A stretch of DNA of 63,609 nt, filler included, from Globobulimina sp. (Eukaryota): assembly GCA_003354225.1 (NCBI GenBank). It is 10 parts of 10 records of this genome, joined end to end, with 100 filler letters (N's around TTAATTAATTAA, not from the genome) between each part and the next. Parts side by side here need not be neighbours in the genome. Positions count along the whole stretch, not along the records: positions 44,639 to 50,903 come from PIVH01000328.1; positions 51,004 to 57,264 come from PIVH01000329.1; positions 57,365 to 63,609 come from PIVH01000330.1; 7 more parts are not named here. One strand, 5' to 3'. The notes below the pieces were generated by a model that was not told where the DNA came from, did not search any database, and saw only the letters and a program-made list of their open reading frames with translations. A program made the position numbers and the translations under genes. Positions 48,242 through 62,700 of the stretch are shown here, piece by piece. Numbering within the stretch: position 1 is the stretch's first letter; the number at the start of each line of letters is the position of its first letter.

Positions 48242-50903
48242 ATGACTCGAGCTTTGTCAACATGCCATCTTTACTGTTTATTCGTCTTCATATCGTTACT
48301 GGTGTCGAAAAACGAATCATTAGATTGTTCACAATACACAGACTTCACATTATGTAATGCAGAAGAGTATTGTAGATGGACACAACTCCGTTGTGTCTGT
48401 GACAGTCCACTCAATATAGATATATTATTTACGATATCCACATCTCACTTTATTGGTCAAGACAATTTTGACAACAAATTAAGACCGTGGTTGCGAAACA
48501 TGACACTAAATGGAATAAATGTCAATTTTGCTAATATTGGATGGGATGTATTTAGTGATTCATCCACAAGATATCAAGACATAGCAACAACAACATACAA
48601 TGAAATGATTACTTTTATTAGCAACATGTGGTACGATAAAGGTGTCGCAAACTTAGCCGGTGCACTACAACGTACACAGGCAGCATTTCAAAACTCACCA
48701 CATAATTCGCAGAAAGTAAACATTATAATTATGGGAAGCAATCCCTATATCGATGGCACCACAACACAAGAAATATGTCAATACGCTTCCGGCATAAAGA
48801 AATTAGGTTCGTTTCTAGAATCAAGTTGTTTACAACAACACTTCTAAACAACTAAAACATTGCATTTCTAACTCTCCTGTGTACGTGATAGTACATGGAG
48901 AGAGTTAGAAATCTCAACGTTTGATTATTATTCGTTTCCTCCTTGCACTTCAAACACATTTTGCATGTGTGAGCCAGCACTTTACTTTAATACATGCTGA
49001 AAACTTTTTGTCACACTGACATGGCAGCAAGAAACAAATCTTGTGTTGTACATAGGTGTCACTGTTGTATTTATTGGTATTGGCGAGACATGGCAGCAAG
49101 AAAGAATTGATTGTATAGTAGGTAATGCAGAAACAGATGTAATTAATGTCACCAATTATAATAATTTACAGCAACGCTTATCAGATATGTATCAATTTTT
49201 ATGTCCGATTGACAAACAAATCAAAATTACAGAAGCTAAACCTGTCAGGTATACACATATATAATTTGCTTAGATTTTACTTTCAGGAATGAATGCTATA
49301 TTCTGTACATGCAACAACACAGCCTCACTAATGCACGATTTATTGAATTTATTAACATGGGCATTCAAATAGAATCCAGTGATACCTTACAATTTAATGG
49401 ATTGGTAAACGGACAAATAAGTGGTATTACAATACAGCAGGGACAATATGTGGTGTTATACAACAGCAATGATGGCATTATAACATGTAATGAATGCGGT
49501 GATAGTCAATGCACAGTCAATTCCACCACGAATCTATGCCAGGAAGCAATATATATCAGCTGTGATGGCAGTATTTGCAGCTGGGATAATACAGGAATGG
49601 ATACGACAAATTGGAACATTCAGATCTCAGACACCGATTCAAATGTAATTGACGTGGTACAGTATAATGCTAACACTTTTTGGCCTAAAATACGCGACGA
49701 TTATTCATATTCGTTGGAGAATGCAGGTTTTAATAACCAATATGGCGCAAACTATGTACGTTCGTGCAGCAATGAAGGAACACCGGGCGCTCCGTCGAGG
49801 ACTTGTACTGCTGCGGAATTGCAATGTCAAATCACCGAAGATTGTACATATAGGTATCTGTATATGCCTTTTAATATCACACCGATTTCTAATGCAACAA
49901 TATATATATTTGTCAGTGGTAACTCAGACGCATTGTGCAGCTCAAATACATGTATTTGCACTCAAAATTCAGGGTTTTACCCAAAACGAGGTCGTTGTTA
50001 TCCAATTCCAGAACCAACAAATTGCATTGCACATATTGTCAAAAATGGCACTCAGCCAACATACACTCGCTTTGCCTTTACCGGTGCTGATATTGACTCA
50101 CTTTCTGAACAATATGCAATTCGATATTATCAGACTTGTTATCCAGGCGACCATTGTATGACAACAGTGACAGATTACTCGAGAATCAAACGACAGCCCG
50201 ATCTAAATTACCAACCAAACCAAGGTCAAGAGATCGCAGGCTATGCGTTCACGCGACTTACCGTTGCAACGCCAACTAATAATGTCTGGGATTCGGCGCG
50301 ATGGAAAGCAAATTGTTCAGTTCTGACTCAATCGCCAACACCGTCTCCTACTCCTTCACCCACAAAAGCACCAACTACTTCTCCTACCAATGCGCCCTCA
50401 AATTCACCCACCTGGCAAACACCGCATATATTCCTTTCCGGCGATTTTTGCGATCGCGATCGATGTGGTTGTAATAACCGAGGCTTTGAGTGTTGTTTGA
50501 CCACCGATTTGAGTGCAAATTGTACACAGCAACGGTTGCAATATACGGTTGGCGATGATGTGCAAATATTTCATTCGATTAAAATCGTTCCGGAAAGTTT
50601 CCCCTATGACACTTTGATACATTGGAGGGTGGATTTTAATGGCACACTTAAACGGATTGATGCAATGCAAAATGGACACGTTTTCAAGAATATTAGTGAT
50701 AATTCATTGGGTATTACAGTGGAACCAAGCAATGGCAGTGTATGGATAAATGGCAGTACGTCCATGAACATTGCGTTGGTGTTGAATGAGAGTGCAATAA
50801 TATGCGCTGACAATACCACAGATTGCAAGGATGATTTAGTTGGATTGAGTTCAGTTTTTAAATTTGCATTGTATGACTGCGCCACATTAAATGCGGAAAA
50901 TAT
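48242..50903 (+). CDS. Secreted/surface protein: VWA, lamin-tail-like domain, Cys-rich module, PT stalk; 3' truncated
   Basis: Signal peptide; DILFTISTS (degenerate MIDAS), VTVVFIGIG; FIEFIN...IDVVQY...WP...GTPG; introns including 48807-49055. Confidence 0.7.
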
Positions 50904-51003
50904 NNNNNNNNNNNNNNNNNNNNNNNNNNNNNNNNNNNNNNNNNNNNTTAATTAATTAANNNNNNNNNNNNNNNNNNNNNNNNNNNNNNNNNNNNNNNNN
51001 NNN
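50904..51003. other. Artificial contig linker
   Basis: N44-TTAATTAATTAA-N44. Confidence 0.99.
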
Positions 51004-51285
51004 TATTCATCAATTGCATCATCATTAAATATTAAATATCCAAAAATAAAAATATCAATACAACAAACAAGTGATAGTGAAGGATATAAACAAGATTTAT
51101 TAGTTTTTGAATGTATGTGATTGTAATTGTTTGTTTGCTTTGTTTTAATGTTTTGTTGTTTGTAAATATATTTTTATTTTTTTTTGAAAGTGAAAAGGTT
51201 TTGTAGAAAGAAGTAGAGTCAATCACGTCGTCAATCTAGAAAGTATAGAAACACCTTTTACTCAAATCTTAATTTAAAATATTAT

Positions 51286-53395
51286 ATGGCATTGACGGTT
51301 CCGTCTGGACCCTATGGCCAAGCGCCGCAACCCAAGGCAGAAGAGGCAATGCATGATGGCGCAGTTAGTTACAAAATGTTGGACTCAACGAACATCTCTC
51401 ACCGCGAGATCCAATTACTTCGCGACCAGATCTGGCGAATGAGACATCCCAATGCCGCCGAACGAGAACGTCTATGGCCTTCCGATTTGCGGCCAAAAGT
51501 GACGGAGTTGAAAGACATTGCGACGCAAAGAGTGTTCCAATGGGAATCTGACACGACTTGGTTTCGAGCGTACGAAGTCGAGTTGCACCAATTTACAGGT
51601 TTTGATATATGAAATGTGCGAATCTGCGCAGTGCGAAAATGCGTCATCGATGACTGCATAAAATAAATAGGCTTCCAATTCGTTTTAGATTTCACCGGCA
51701 CCACAAACCACGAAATCCAGGGCACCTTTGGCGTGAATGGGAGCCGCGTCGAGGCCAACTTACAGCCGTTCGAGTTAGAAACCATTTGTTTAGTGTCCCG
51801 CAACAAATTGGACCCCTTCAAATTCAGTGTGAAGATGTCGTGGACGACGAGCGATGTCCACCCCGCCATCTTGCAGACCGCCTTAGCGATGAACGAACAT
51901 CGCATCAAATCCGAGTATGAGTTGATGTCTTCGGCCGGCATCTCGCAAGGCGACGACTACAACACATTGCGGCACAAACTGCGCGGCGCCGGCATCGAGT
52001 TCGTGGACCCCGACTTTTATCCGTCTGTCGGCGCCTTGTATGTGGACGGCGACTCCTCTTCGAAGATCAACGAGGAACAGGTAATGTGGCGGCGCTCCAT
52101 GGATTTCTGCAAAGACCCCGCTTATTTTAAGGACGGCATCGATCCGGAAGACGTGCAACAGGGCCGATTGGGCGATTGCTGGTTCTGCTGCTCCTTGGCT
52201 TCGATGAGCGAGCGGCCCTTTTTGGTGGAACGGCTGTTTGTTACTCGCGACGGCGGCAAAGAAGGTATACTGTATACAATAAAAATATATTAAAATATAT
52301 TAAAATATGTGAATAATATCTGAAGGCATTCATGTGGTGAATTTCTGGCATAATGGCATCAAAGAAGAGATCATTTTGGACGATTACTTTCCGTGCAAAC
52401 CGTTCAGCGGTCCCATTTACACCAAAACCGCCGACGACGAGCAGTGGGTCGCCATTTTGGAGAAAGCCTACGCGAAAATCTATGGTTGCTACGAGCGATT
52501 AGTGAGCGGCTCGCCGTACCATTCCTTGCCAGATTTGACTGGAAACCCGGCGGAGATCTACGAGTTGCACGACGACGAACATTTGATTGGTCTGTGGGAC
52601 AAGTTGGTGGCTTGGAATCTGAGCGAGGACAATTTGATGAGCGTGGCCTGCGACGAGGCGTCGCGAAAAGATCCCACCGCGGCCGGCCTAATGAAGGACC
52701 ATTCGTACACTATCTTGGACGGCAAAGAGAGCCAGAAATTGAATGTCCGCTTGTTAGAGATCCGCAATCCGTGGGGCCACGGCGAATGGACTGGCGACTG
52801 GAGCGATTTTAGTCCGTTGTGGACGCAGACGGCGCGGAACGAATTCGGCATCGCCGAGGAGCTGGACCCCGACGACGGCGCTTTTTGGATGTGTTGGGAG
52901 GACTTTTTAGCGTATTTCACCACTTTGACGGTCTGCTATTGTCGGAGGGATTGGGTCGATGCCCGGGTGCCCGTGATATTGAACTACGACTTTGCGAATC
53001 AGCAATTGGCCACGAACCCGGTCCGCATGGTCGTGCCAAAGGGAGGCAAAGCAGAGTGGGTCGCCATATTCCAACAAGATTTGCGTGAACAGACCGCGCC
53101 GCCCTATGTGGATCTGACTGCGTTGATATTCAAAGAAGGCGCCAATGGCAGTCGCGAAGCCATTGGTTTTGTGGGCTGCGAGTCGGCGCGACAGGTTTTT
53201 GGCGGCTTTACGCCGGACGACAAGGACCAAGACACCAATGACCCGTTGGAGGCGGGCTCGTATCTCATTGTGCCGTTTACGTCTGGCCGCCATTGGGACG
53301 AATCGAGCGGTGATCAGCGCCAAATTGCGTTGTCGTGCCATGCGCATTCGGTGGGCCAAAATGTATGGATATCTAAGCCCAAAATGGATGTCTAG
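51286..53395 (+). CDS. Calpain-family cysteine protease (CysPc plus domain III), 3 exons
   Basis: FVDPDF, QGRLGDCWF (Cys), LEKAYAK, HSYT (His), IRNPWG (Asn), DDGAFWM, YLIVPFT. Introns 51599-51688 and 52265-52325. Confidence 0.92.
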
Positions 53396-53490
53396 CTACA
53401 GATAATTATTATGGATGTCGAAAGTAATGATATCACCAATTTATTGTGATGATAGCTTAAGAAAAGCATCTAATTCAAGGAGATTTGGGT

Positions 53491-53937
53491 TCAAATCCCT
53501 ATCATCACAGAAATGCCAACATATTTTATGATTGCAGTGGTATTTAGCTGTGGACATTGGATGATATCACCGATTGTAAATGGAATACTCTTTGCAGTTT
53601 TGCTACTTTTCATAATTTTTGATATTTGCGTAAATCGTCCTGTTTTTTTGTTGTTTTTTGTTCTGAAATATCTTTTATTTTTTATGCATCCATTGTTGAC
53701 ACCTTTTCCTTTTTTAATATCGATGCCAAAAAATATTCCGTTTTTGACTTTAATTTCGCCAATAAATTGAACAGTTCCTTTTGATTTATCCATCAATAAA
53801 ACCTTTAATTAGTACGCAGTTTGCTTAATTATTGAGTGTGTTGATAATATGCAGCAAATACCTCGTCGAATAAATGGACATCAATAAAGATGGGAGGAGT
53901 ATTATTCTCATTCAATTGTTTCTGTTCGTTTTCTTCC
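53491..53937 (-). CDS. CAP-Gly domain gene or fragment
   Basis: GTVQFIGE..GIFFGID..GKGVNNG..KRYF; start of a second CAP-Gly before the stop; no in-frame ATG in the upstream exon. Confidence 0.6.
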
Positions 53938-53954
53938 AATCACTATACAGACAC

Positions 53955-56900
53955 TTTTTTTTTTCTTCAAAACACTAAGAAATCAATTAAAGATTCCACC
54001 TTATACTCAAGCAAGGAACACTAAATAAATAGTAAACACAAAACAAGGATATAGGCCCTTTTATTTGGAGGTGAGGCCAATGAACAAAGGTAAATATAAA
54101 AATATTTGAAACTAGTACAGAGGTACTAAAGTTTCCTTAATCCGAAAGGATCGGAGATATATTCGTAAGATCCACTTGGTATAGGTAGTTAAATCTTTTT
54201 GTTTCTTTTACAAATTGAAGAAGAGTTTTCCATATTGCTACTTGAGTAGGTATTTCTAGTTCGTCAACAATGGCTGGAGGACGTTTGATAGTATATGGAT
54301 AAAATAGGTCTTCTAAGTGGATGCGTGCTCCATTTCGAAAGCCAATCCATATTTGTTCAAGCGAGTCCATCATTCGTCGTCTTTGGTTTGTATAGTATGG
54401 GCATTTTACAAAGTAATGATGTATGGTTTCAGCAGTATTCAGTGTGCATTTATCACAGTTTGGTGAGCTAATTTGTGAGTTATCAGAGTCTGTAAATTTA
54501 TGTTTGAATAAAAAATTATTTAGTTCAATATGACCAGAAATGATTCGATTGAGGATTGCAGATTCGTCTTTATTTAAGAATTTGACAATTTTATTCAGTT
54601 TATTATGGAGGGATGGATTATATTTAAACATTTTATAGCTATCTTGTGATGGTTTGGTATTTCTTTTGGCCCACGTTTTACTCCAATTATATCTAATCTG
54701 TTTATGTAATTGTGTAATCGTGGTATTATACGAGATGTTACTAAAGAGGTTTGGGTCGTAATTGGTATGGTTGGCTGCAAAATTTGCCAAACGATCTACC
54801 TCATCATTAAATATGTTGTTATTATGGGATTTTATTTTGATAAAAGATATAAAAGTATTTGGTTTTTTATTTTGGATTTGGAGCAGTTTGATAAAAATAT
54901 TTTCAATTTTTAATTTTGTTTCATTATATCGTGGGTAATTTTGGCCATTTATAAATTGGAGGACTGGGAGATTGTCAATGTAGATTTTATAATGGATTTT
55001 TATATTATTCAGTGGATTGCCTCGATTTCCGCGGTTGTGATCGTAACCGGGATTTTAAAGTAATATACCTTTTTATATGGGTATCTGTGTGCTGGTTGGG
55101 AGGGTATATAGACTGCAGAGCCTCCTTTGCCTGGATTAGGGGCACATGACCCGTCTGTGAATGAAATTATTATTGAATTATCTGTTGGATTGGTTGGGAA
55201 TGCTGGGGAATAAATCACTGTATAATTTGTGGGGATATTTGTTAAGTTATAAGTTGGAGAAGAAGTGACTTGGATTTTCTTCATTTTTTCAAGATTCTGA
55301 GTGAATATTTTTATTTGTGGGTCGTTTTGGTTTCGTTTTGCAGCAATTATCAATGGATTTTTGTTTAGATTTGTAAATTTATTTGGTTTGTTTTTTCTTT
55401 TTCTGCGATAATTATGGTTCTGTATTATTTGTTGGTAATTTTTTAGGTTTTCATATGTTTTACGCAATGGATGGTATGAGTCATTATAATAAACTCTGGC
55501 CAATTGTCGCATGGTTAGATAGTGGGCTCTGTTGGAGATTGGTTCGATTTTCAATATATACTGTAAAATATCAATTGGTGTATCTAAACGGCACGGGATT
55601 GCTAATCGGAGGAATTTATTTTGGAGTATTCTTAATAAATCATTTGTATCATACGGGAAATAGTGCGTTAATCCATATTCAATTCTAGATCGCGCCAATG
55701 ATTTATATAAAACTGCAATGGATAACGGTGTCAGATTTATTCCTGATTTTATGGTGAAATAAAGCCGCCAGTAACTATGCATTGTTTTTGCTCTTATTTT
55801 TGCAAAATGGGCGTGGAAATTTAACTTTTCATCAAACCATAGGCCCAGATATCTGGCTGTCTGTTCGTATTGGATTGGATGTTTGTGAATGGAATATTTA
55901 CTTATTTTGGTTGATTTATTGGAATCAGGGTCAGTTTTTAGTGTATATTTTGGGTACAAATTTATAGGATTACCATGGGAGAAGTTCATAGACGCACATT
56001 TTGATGGATTTATCATAAGCTGCCATTTGTCACACCAATTACTGAAATTATTTAATTCTTTTTGGAGGAATTTATATCGGAGTGGGTCCTTTGTGCCTGG
56101 ACTGGTCCAGAAAGCAGTATCATCTGCAAAGCAAGCAAAATGGACATAATTTGGGAATTGTAATTCAAAATCATTTGTAAATAGTATATAGAGGATGGGG
56201 GACAGTGCAGATCCTTGCGGAACACCTATTGGCTGTGCGACCCAATTTGATTCAGCATTTTTTGCAATGACTTTTGTGAATCTAGTTTGGATAAAAGATG
56301 CCAGAACATTCAATATATTTCCTTTAATATTATTTTTAATCAATTTGTATAAAAGTCCATTATGCCAAACACTGTCATATGCCTTTGAGAAGTCCGTAAA
56401 AACAACATCAGTATCACTGACCATATCAAAAGAGGTTTGTATGTCAGTTATAAAAGTTGTAAGCACATCGTCGCAGCAGCGATTTATTTGGAACCCGCAT
56501 TGGTAGTTTCTCGACACAAAAATGTTGGAGACGATTTGCAAGGATTTTCTCAAAAACTCTCCCTAGACACGACGAGACTGCAATGGGTCGGTAGTTTTTA
56601 GGATTACTGTGGTCTTTATAGGGTTTCGGGATTGGAAGTAAGTGTGAAAAGTTCCAATATCCCGGGAATAGTCCTTCAGTCATGCAATTATTAAACAATG
56701 GCAGAAGACAATTAATTAATGCTTCACCTCCATGTTTTATCATTTGGTTATGGATTCTGTCTGGTCCGTATGCTTTATGGGTATCTAAATTGCGAATAAC
56801 TGAACGAATTTCATATGATAAAATTGGATCATTAAGTATTTGGTATTTGCTATTTAAAATCGGTATTTCTGTGTTAATTTGGGAGGGGGATTGTATTTCA

Positions 56901-57264
56901 TTATTCATATTTTGTATTTGTTTATTTTTCATTATATCTCTGCTAATATTATTAGTATTTATTGGGTTATTTCTATGGTTTAAGAGGTATTCTGGGACGA
57001 ATTTATCAATGTATTTATGCCAATTACTATGGGTTTTATTTGTTTTTGGCTTCGGAGGTCTCGCCATGGCCTCTTGGAGAGCTTTTGCTTGTTTTATTGG
57101 ATCAGTTATATTTAGGTCATTTTTATAGTTTAATGGTGGGATATTATTGGTACTGATATCATTTGATTTATTGCATGATATTGTACGCCAAAAACGTCTG
57201 CCATAGTCCTTGCACGTTTGTATGTATTTATTTAATCGGACATTATAATCGTTTTTCGCTGTTA
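53955..57264 (-). mobile_element. Decayed non-LTR retrotransposon (RT-RNase H-Zn) with poly(A) tail, 5' cut by contig end
   Basis: GPDRI, YRPIAV, DFSKAYDSV, GVPQGSALSP, FADD, RYLG, FTDGS, KIKSH..NDEVD, CDKC..HYFVKC. Frameshift near 56500; stop and frameshift near 55000; A10 at 53955-53964. Confidence 0.9.
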
Positions 57265-57364
57265 NNNNNNNNNNNNNNNNNNNNNNNNNNNNNNNNNNNN
57301 NNNNNNNNTTAATTAATTAANNNNNNNNNNNNNNNNNNNNNNNNNNNNNNNNNNNNNNNNNNNN
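57265..57364. other. Artificial contig linker
   Basis: N44-TTAATTAATTAA-N44. Confidence 0.99.
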
Positions 57365-57549
57365 TCTTATGGTATGGTCGGCGATTGCATCACTATACAA
57401 CGTCGAAATATGTACATATGGATAACTGGTAGCTGAATAAGTTGATTCTGGAGTTTATGCATAATTACATCGGAGATATAAAAAAAAATAAGTTTTTCTA
57501 TTTGTAATACCAGTCTCAATTGTCATACCATCAACGACTTATTCATCTG

Positions 57550-58500
57550 ATGGAGTGCGAATCATCACCACAAACAATTTCTAAAAACCTCAATTTAGCG
57601 TCAGAATCAATTAATGATCTCATTCAATGTCCAATCTGTTACGATGCTATGATGGGAACAATTTTATGCTGCTCCAATGGTCACTCAATTTGTGGTATTT
57701 GTTTTGACCGACTTGGGATGGAAAAGAGATGTCCTTCCTGCAAAGAACAGTATGTTTTTTTGTTTTTTTTATGTAGCTAGCAATTAATTCAAATGTATAC
57801 TGTATACTGTATACAACAAAATAGCTATTCGTGCTGCAATGACAAAGTTATCAGAAATTGGGCATTAGAAAATTTTATACTTCATACAATGTTACCATGC
57901 AAATATTCACATCTCGGCTGTGACAAATACATAATGGGAAAGCAGCGAACACAGCATTTGCTACGCTGTGAATATCGACCAATGCAATGTCCATATTCTT
58001 GTGCCATTTTACCATTATTTGGTGAATGTTTATATTCAACATCGTCAATTGAGCAGTTATCAAAACATGTTGAACAGCAGCATGGATTTGATATTTTTGA
58101 AAACAAAACATCTGAGTTCCAATTTCAATTGGATGATATTACAGAGGGGAGTGGTCATTACAGAATCGTTTTGAAATCGGTGGAACCAAACATATTTTGC
58201 TTATTGGTTGGATTTAAATCACCAAATGGAAGTATTGTATTGTTCTGTAGATCGTTGACAAATGAATATAGAAACTGCAATTATAAAATCATTGCTAGCT
58301 TCGTTACTCAAGATTGTAAGCAGCATTCAGTTGGATGGGAATCGCAAATGTATGGAGTTGATGAGGAAATTGGTTTAGAATTTCGAAGTGGATTACTATT
58401 AAAATTGAGTAAAGAGCAAGTTAAATTATGGCGAGAAAATCGACAGTTATCTTCGCAATTCAACAATGTCCCGCTAACCGTGATTGTCAATGATATGTAA
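57550..58500 (+). CDS. SINA/Siah-type RING E3 ubiquitin ligase, 2 exons
   Basis: CPIC..CSNGHSICGIC..CPSC; intron 57750-57824; IRNWALE, PCKYSHLGC, H...CEYRPMQCP. Confidence 0.88.
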
Positions 58501-58830
58501 TTGCGTGTTATAAAACATATTTAATTTGTTTACCCATTGATATTTCTTCTTGACTTCCAGTTCCAGCCTAGCAGGCAGCAGCAGTCTAGCTTGACCAAAA
58601 TCAGTGAATACTTTCATGGCATTCAATGCTTGATGTAATCCACATCAGACATGTGCAAATCTAAGCGAGCGCTAAGCGAGTGACTGCTAAAAAATGCACA
58701 CCTCTGATCCACATGAATTCGAATATGAATGTCTTGATAACATCATTTGACGTCAATTTATTTAAAACCTATACAGTATCACGAGTCACGACAAACCGAA
58801 AACAAATATTCACTTCAATTTATTTAGAAA

Positions 58831-59541
58831 ATGGAGACCAAAAATTTATCATCGTTATTTGGTAGACATACTAATACAGGAAAATTATTACATAGATTGT
58901 ACAACGCTTCGCAAGAACGAAATAGTTATCAGCCAAATGTAAAATTAACACTAAAATCTTCAGATCCTAGAAAACAACATCTGAATAAATTGAAACAACA
59001 AAGAGATAACAGTTAATTATGCAGATCTATGTGTTTTTTTTGCATTTATTTAAATATAATTAATATGTAAACAGTCCGTGCAAAGAAAAAGACAGTAAAT
59101 ATTCCAAAAAGAAAAAAAAATAACAAACAAATCCCAAAGATTTTACTACAAAGAGGTAGGAAATCAAAAGATGAAATAGAAAAGGAATTAATTAAATATT
59201 ATGAAAGCAAAACATCTCAAATATATATTCCAGCAAAGCCGCGAAGAGAACAAATAAATGATTTGCAATATACCATGGAAACGGGAAACAAAACAAAACC
59301 AAAACCAATAAACACAAAAACAAACGCTATTAATAATAAATCAGAGATCAGCATTGGGCAGCAAATGAAATCTCGAATGGAAGAACTGTTGCATGAAATC
59401 AATGACAGACAACAATTCCTCAAAGAGATGAAGCAATTACATTCCAAAAATTATCAACATTATGAAACAGAAATAAATCAACAAGTAGCCATCAAATGGC
59501 ATGAATTCAAACAACTTGACAATTATTGTTCTACCGCATGA
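58831..59541 (+). CDS. UPF0193 (EVG1-like) protein, 2 exons
   Basis: Intron 59012-59074; C-terminal RMEELLHEINDRQQFLKEM...EINQQV..EFKQLD. Confidence 0.65.
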
Positions 59542-59732
59542 AACAAACAGCATCTATTCTTTTGCAATATGCTTGATCTGCAGACGCAGTGTTTACTTTG
59601 TTTAAGATATATGAATGTTTTTGTAAATGCGATTTTCCGGTCCAACTCCGAACAGAATTAATTACTCGCACAACATCATTTTTGTACTGGACGAGATAAG
59701 AATTAGAATAGCTCGATCGCCTCAATTGCATT

Positions 59733-62700
59733 ATGGGTGGCTTATGTTGTAAATGCTACCAAGGTAATAATGCCTTTGTTCGAGTAAATCATTGTACGTC
59801 TAACCATAATATATATATAATATATATCCATCAGAACCAAGCACTGATCCCAAAGCAGAAGCAGAGGCAGAGGCAGAGCCAGAACTAGCCCTTGGCAAAG
59901 CTCCTCCTATGCGAGTTATACAATCAGTGCCATCTTCGTCAGCCCCAGCAATACTCACCGAAACCAATGGCAAATTCCAAAATGGCAAATCGACAGACAT
60001 CCACCCGCGAGAACGTCTAATTAATTTCTATAAAATTCATAATCCCCAAAAAATAAATGTTGCCAATATTGATGAAGTGCTACGTCGATATAAAGGGCGC
60101 GAAACCAAATTATTCACGGATTTAAATCGAAAATATAATGTACAAATGACCACTAATATAACCACTATAATTGAAGACGACGTGAAGGTGACACAACACA
60201 ATGATGCAAAGAGTGATGATTGCGACGAAAACTCCCCCTTAAATTCCCCACAGGCACCACAGCAAAAAAAAGAGATAGGAATTGGAACGACAATGCAAAT
60301 AAATACAACTAATAACAGCCAGAATGCAACAATTACAAACAGAGGGAACAGATCACCGTCATCGCCCTCGTCAAATAGGAAAATATCCAAACTCCAACTT
60401 GCCTCGGAATCCCCTCCAGACAGTGAAGCGGAGGAAGCTGAGCAGCAACAACCAGAGGACGCAGACTTAGACTATCATCATCATCCCATGTTGGACGACT
60501 CGACGCACTCCGAATCAGTGCCAATAAACGCAGACAAACAGCAAAAACAAATGAAAATCACTATAAACAACAGCGAGAACACTAAGGCTAAGCAAGTAAA
60601 CTTAAACAAAGACTTATTTAAAATCCAAGTGACGAAACCCCACAAAAAGAAGAAAGTCAATATCATGGGAACGAATCTATTTGGCGGCATCTATCCCGAC
60701 AACATGAAAAAGCGCAGCAGCAAAAGCAAAAGCAAATCGAAGCCCGACGCCTTCGAGGCTGCCATCGACGGCGCTTTTAGCGCTCCGGTCCAACATGCGA
60801 CCTTTGCTGATATAGCCAACGCGTCCGCATCCAGCTCGCGTTCCACCTCTTTCATCGTCGGCTCGCTCGGGACTCCCATCTTCGGCGCGGACGGCTTACC
60901 CAAATTCGAGTCGACCGCCAGCATTAAGCGTAGCAACACGTTAACTTTGGACTCGTTACACAAGGACAAATTAGACAAACGGCGGCAGTCTTCCTTGGCG
61001 GTGCGCCGCAACCAAACCCGGCGGAATCTGCCCATGCGGATCAATAAGGTTTGGACCACCTTCGCGCAGTACGTCATTGACCAGATTTTGGAGGAAAAGG
61101 AAGAAAAACGACTGCTGCAAAGCGCCGATACCGGTAATAAGTTGTTGAAAATCATAGAAACGCCGGAAGTGACACCTGAGCCAAACGCAAATGTCTCGGA
61201 CCAAGGTTCGAGTGCTTACGACTCTGCCAATGATTCGGTATTGGACGAAATTATTAATCGTAATCGCGATGATAAGAATAAAAAAAAAAAACGCAGCGCC
61301 AAGCACCAAAACAAGGACAAATATTTCAAGGAGGACCTCGACGGCCACAATGACAGGAAAAAAGGACACGAGTCGTTGGAGGTGCTGCAGATCGACCCGC
61401 GCTTATTTGTGGACGCCAAGACCCGCAGCAGTCAGAGCGAGCGGAGTAGCAGCGATTCGAGCAAAAGCGAGGCGAGCAGCAGCGATTCCGCCTCGTCCTC
61501 TGACAGCGACTTAATCGACGTCTTTTCCATCGAGATCAGCTACTCGCAGTTTAACATCGTGTTAAACGATAACTGCGTCGAAGTCTCGCCCGATATGTCT
61601 GCTGCGCTCATCTGGCAATTGCTGAATGTCAACGGCATGGTGGCGGAGGACATCCGTGCTTTGGGTCAGGAGAGCGACAATTTGCACAATAATCCGATGA
61701 AAGAGCGCGGATTTCACAACAAGCAGTTTAAAAAGATCATGAAATGTGTGATTACGTACGCGATGATCGAGTGTATGATGAAAAAGATTGCGTGCAGCGG
61801 TGTCATTAACCGGCAGGACAAGAGGTTGCATCCTAAGCATCTGTCGTACGAGAAGAGGAATTATTGCATTTGGGACAAAATCTTCGAGCATTTGTGTAAT
61901 AAGACGTCGTTCAATGTGGAGGAAGAATACTTGTATGGCGCGCTGAGTGAGGATGAATTGCGAGATAGCAACAAGATTATCACTATGCTGTCGTCGCTGG
62001 ACTCGCATTGGCAACACAGGGTACAATTAATGGAGTACATTGATGATAAATTGAGCAACGGGTCGCCTATGGAACGCGATATCTTTTTTGCCAGCATCTT
62101 GTCCAATAATATGAACTATATCGAGGTCTTAAAAGGGTGGTCGTGCCAGTTAACAGATGATCGATCCGGTGTGGCGCGAACCGGCGTGACCTTATTGCCG
62201 GCGGTGTTGTCGTCGATGTTGCTATGTATCCAACATCCCGCGTATATATTTGATGCGGATAATGTCATCAATCCGATGTATAACGGCATCTTTACATTGG
62301 TGAAGAACCGCAGATTGAAAGATATGGCGGACGATGCGTATGAGGCATTGATTCAGATTACGGATATTTTCGCCGAGATTGCGTCGGATTTGAACGATTA
62401 TACGTTGATGGATATGATTATCAAAGTGTTGGAAGACCACAGCAATCCGAAGATTGAGAAGCATGAAAAAGCGCGGGAATCCTGCATTGGTGGCATTGGC
62501 TTCTTGTTGTATGGCATTGAGCAGCCAGATCTTAATAATAATCCAAACCAAAACCAATCGTCGGGTGAGTCGAAGAGCAATGCCTATGATGACATGAAAA
62601 TGCCGGAGAAAGGAGCAGCGGGGACCAAATTAAGTCGCGTGATGCAGAGAGCGTATTTGTTGCAGTATGCTGGCTTTGTGGCCTCGTTTGGTAATATTTT

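Noticed and set aside
6292-57364. Regularly spaced TTAATTAATTAA palindromes as a biological element, and ORFs ending in XXXLIN
   Set aside because: Always embedded in N44 runs; artificial six-frame stop linkers.
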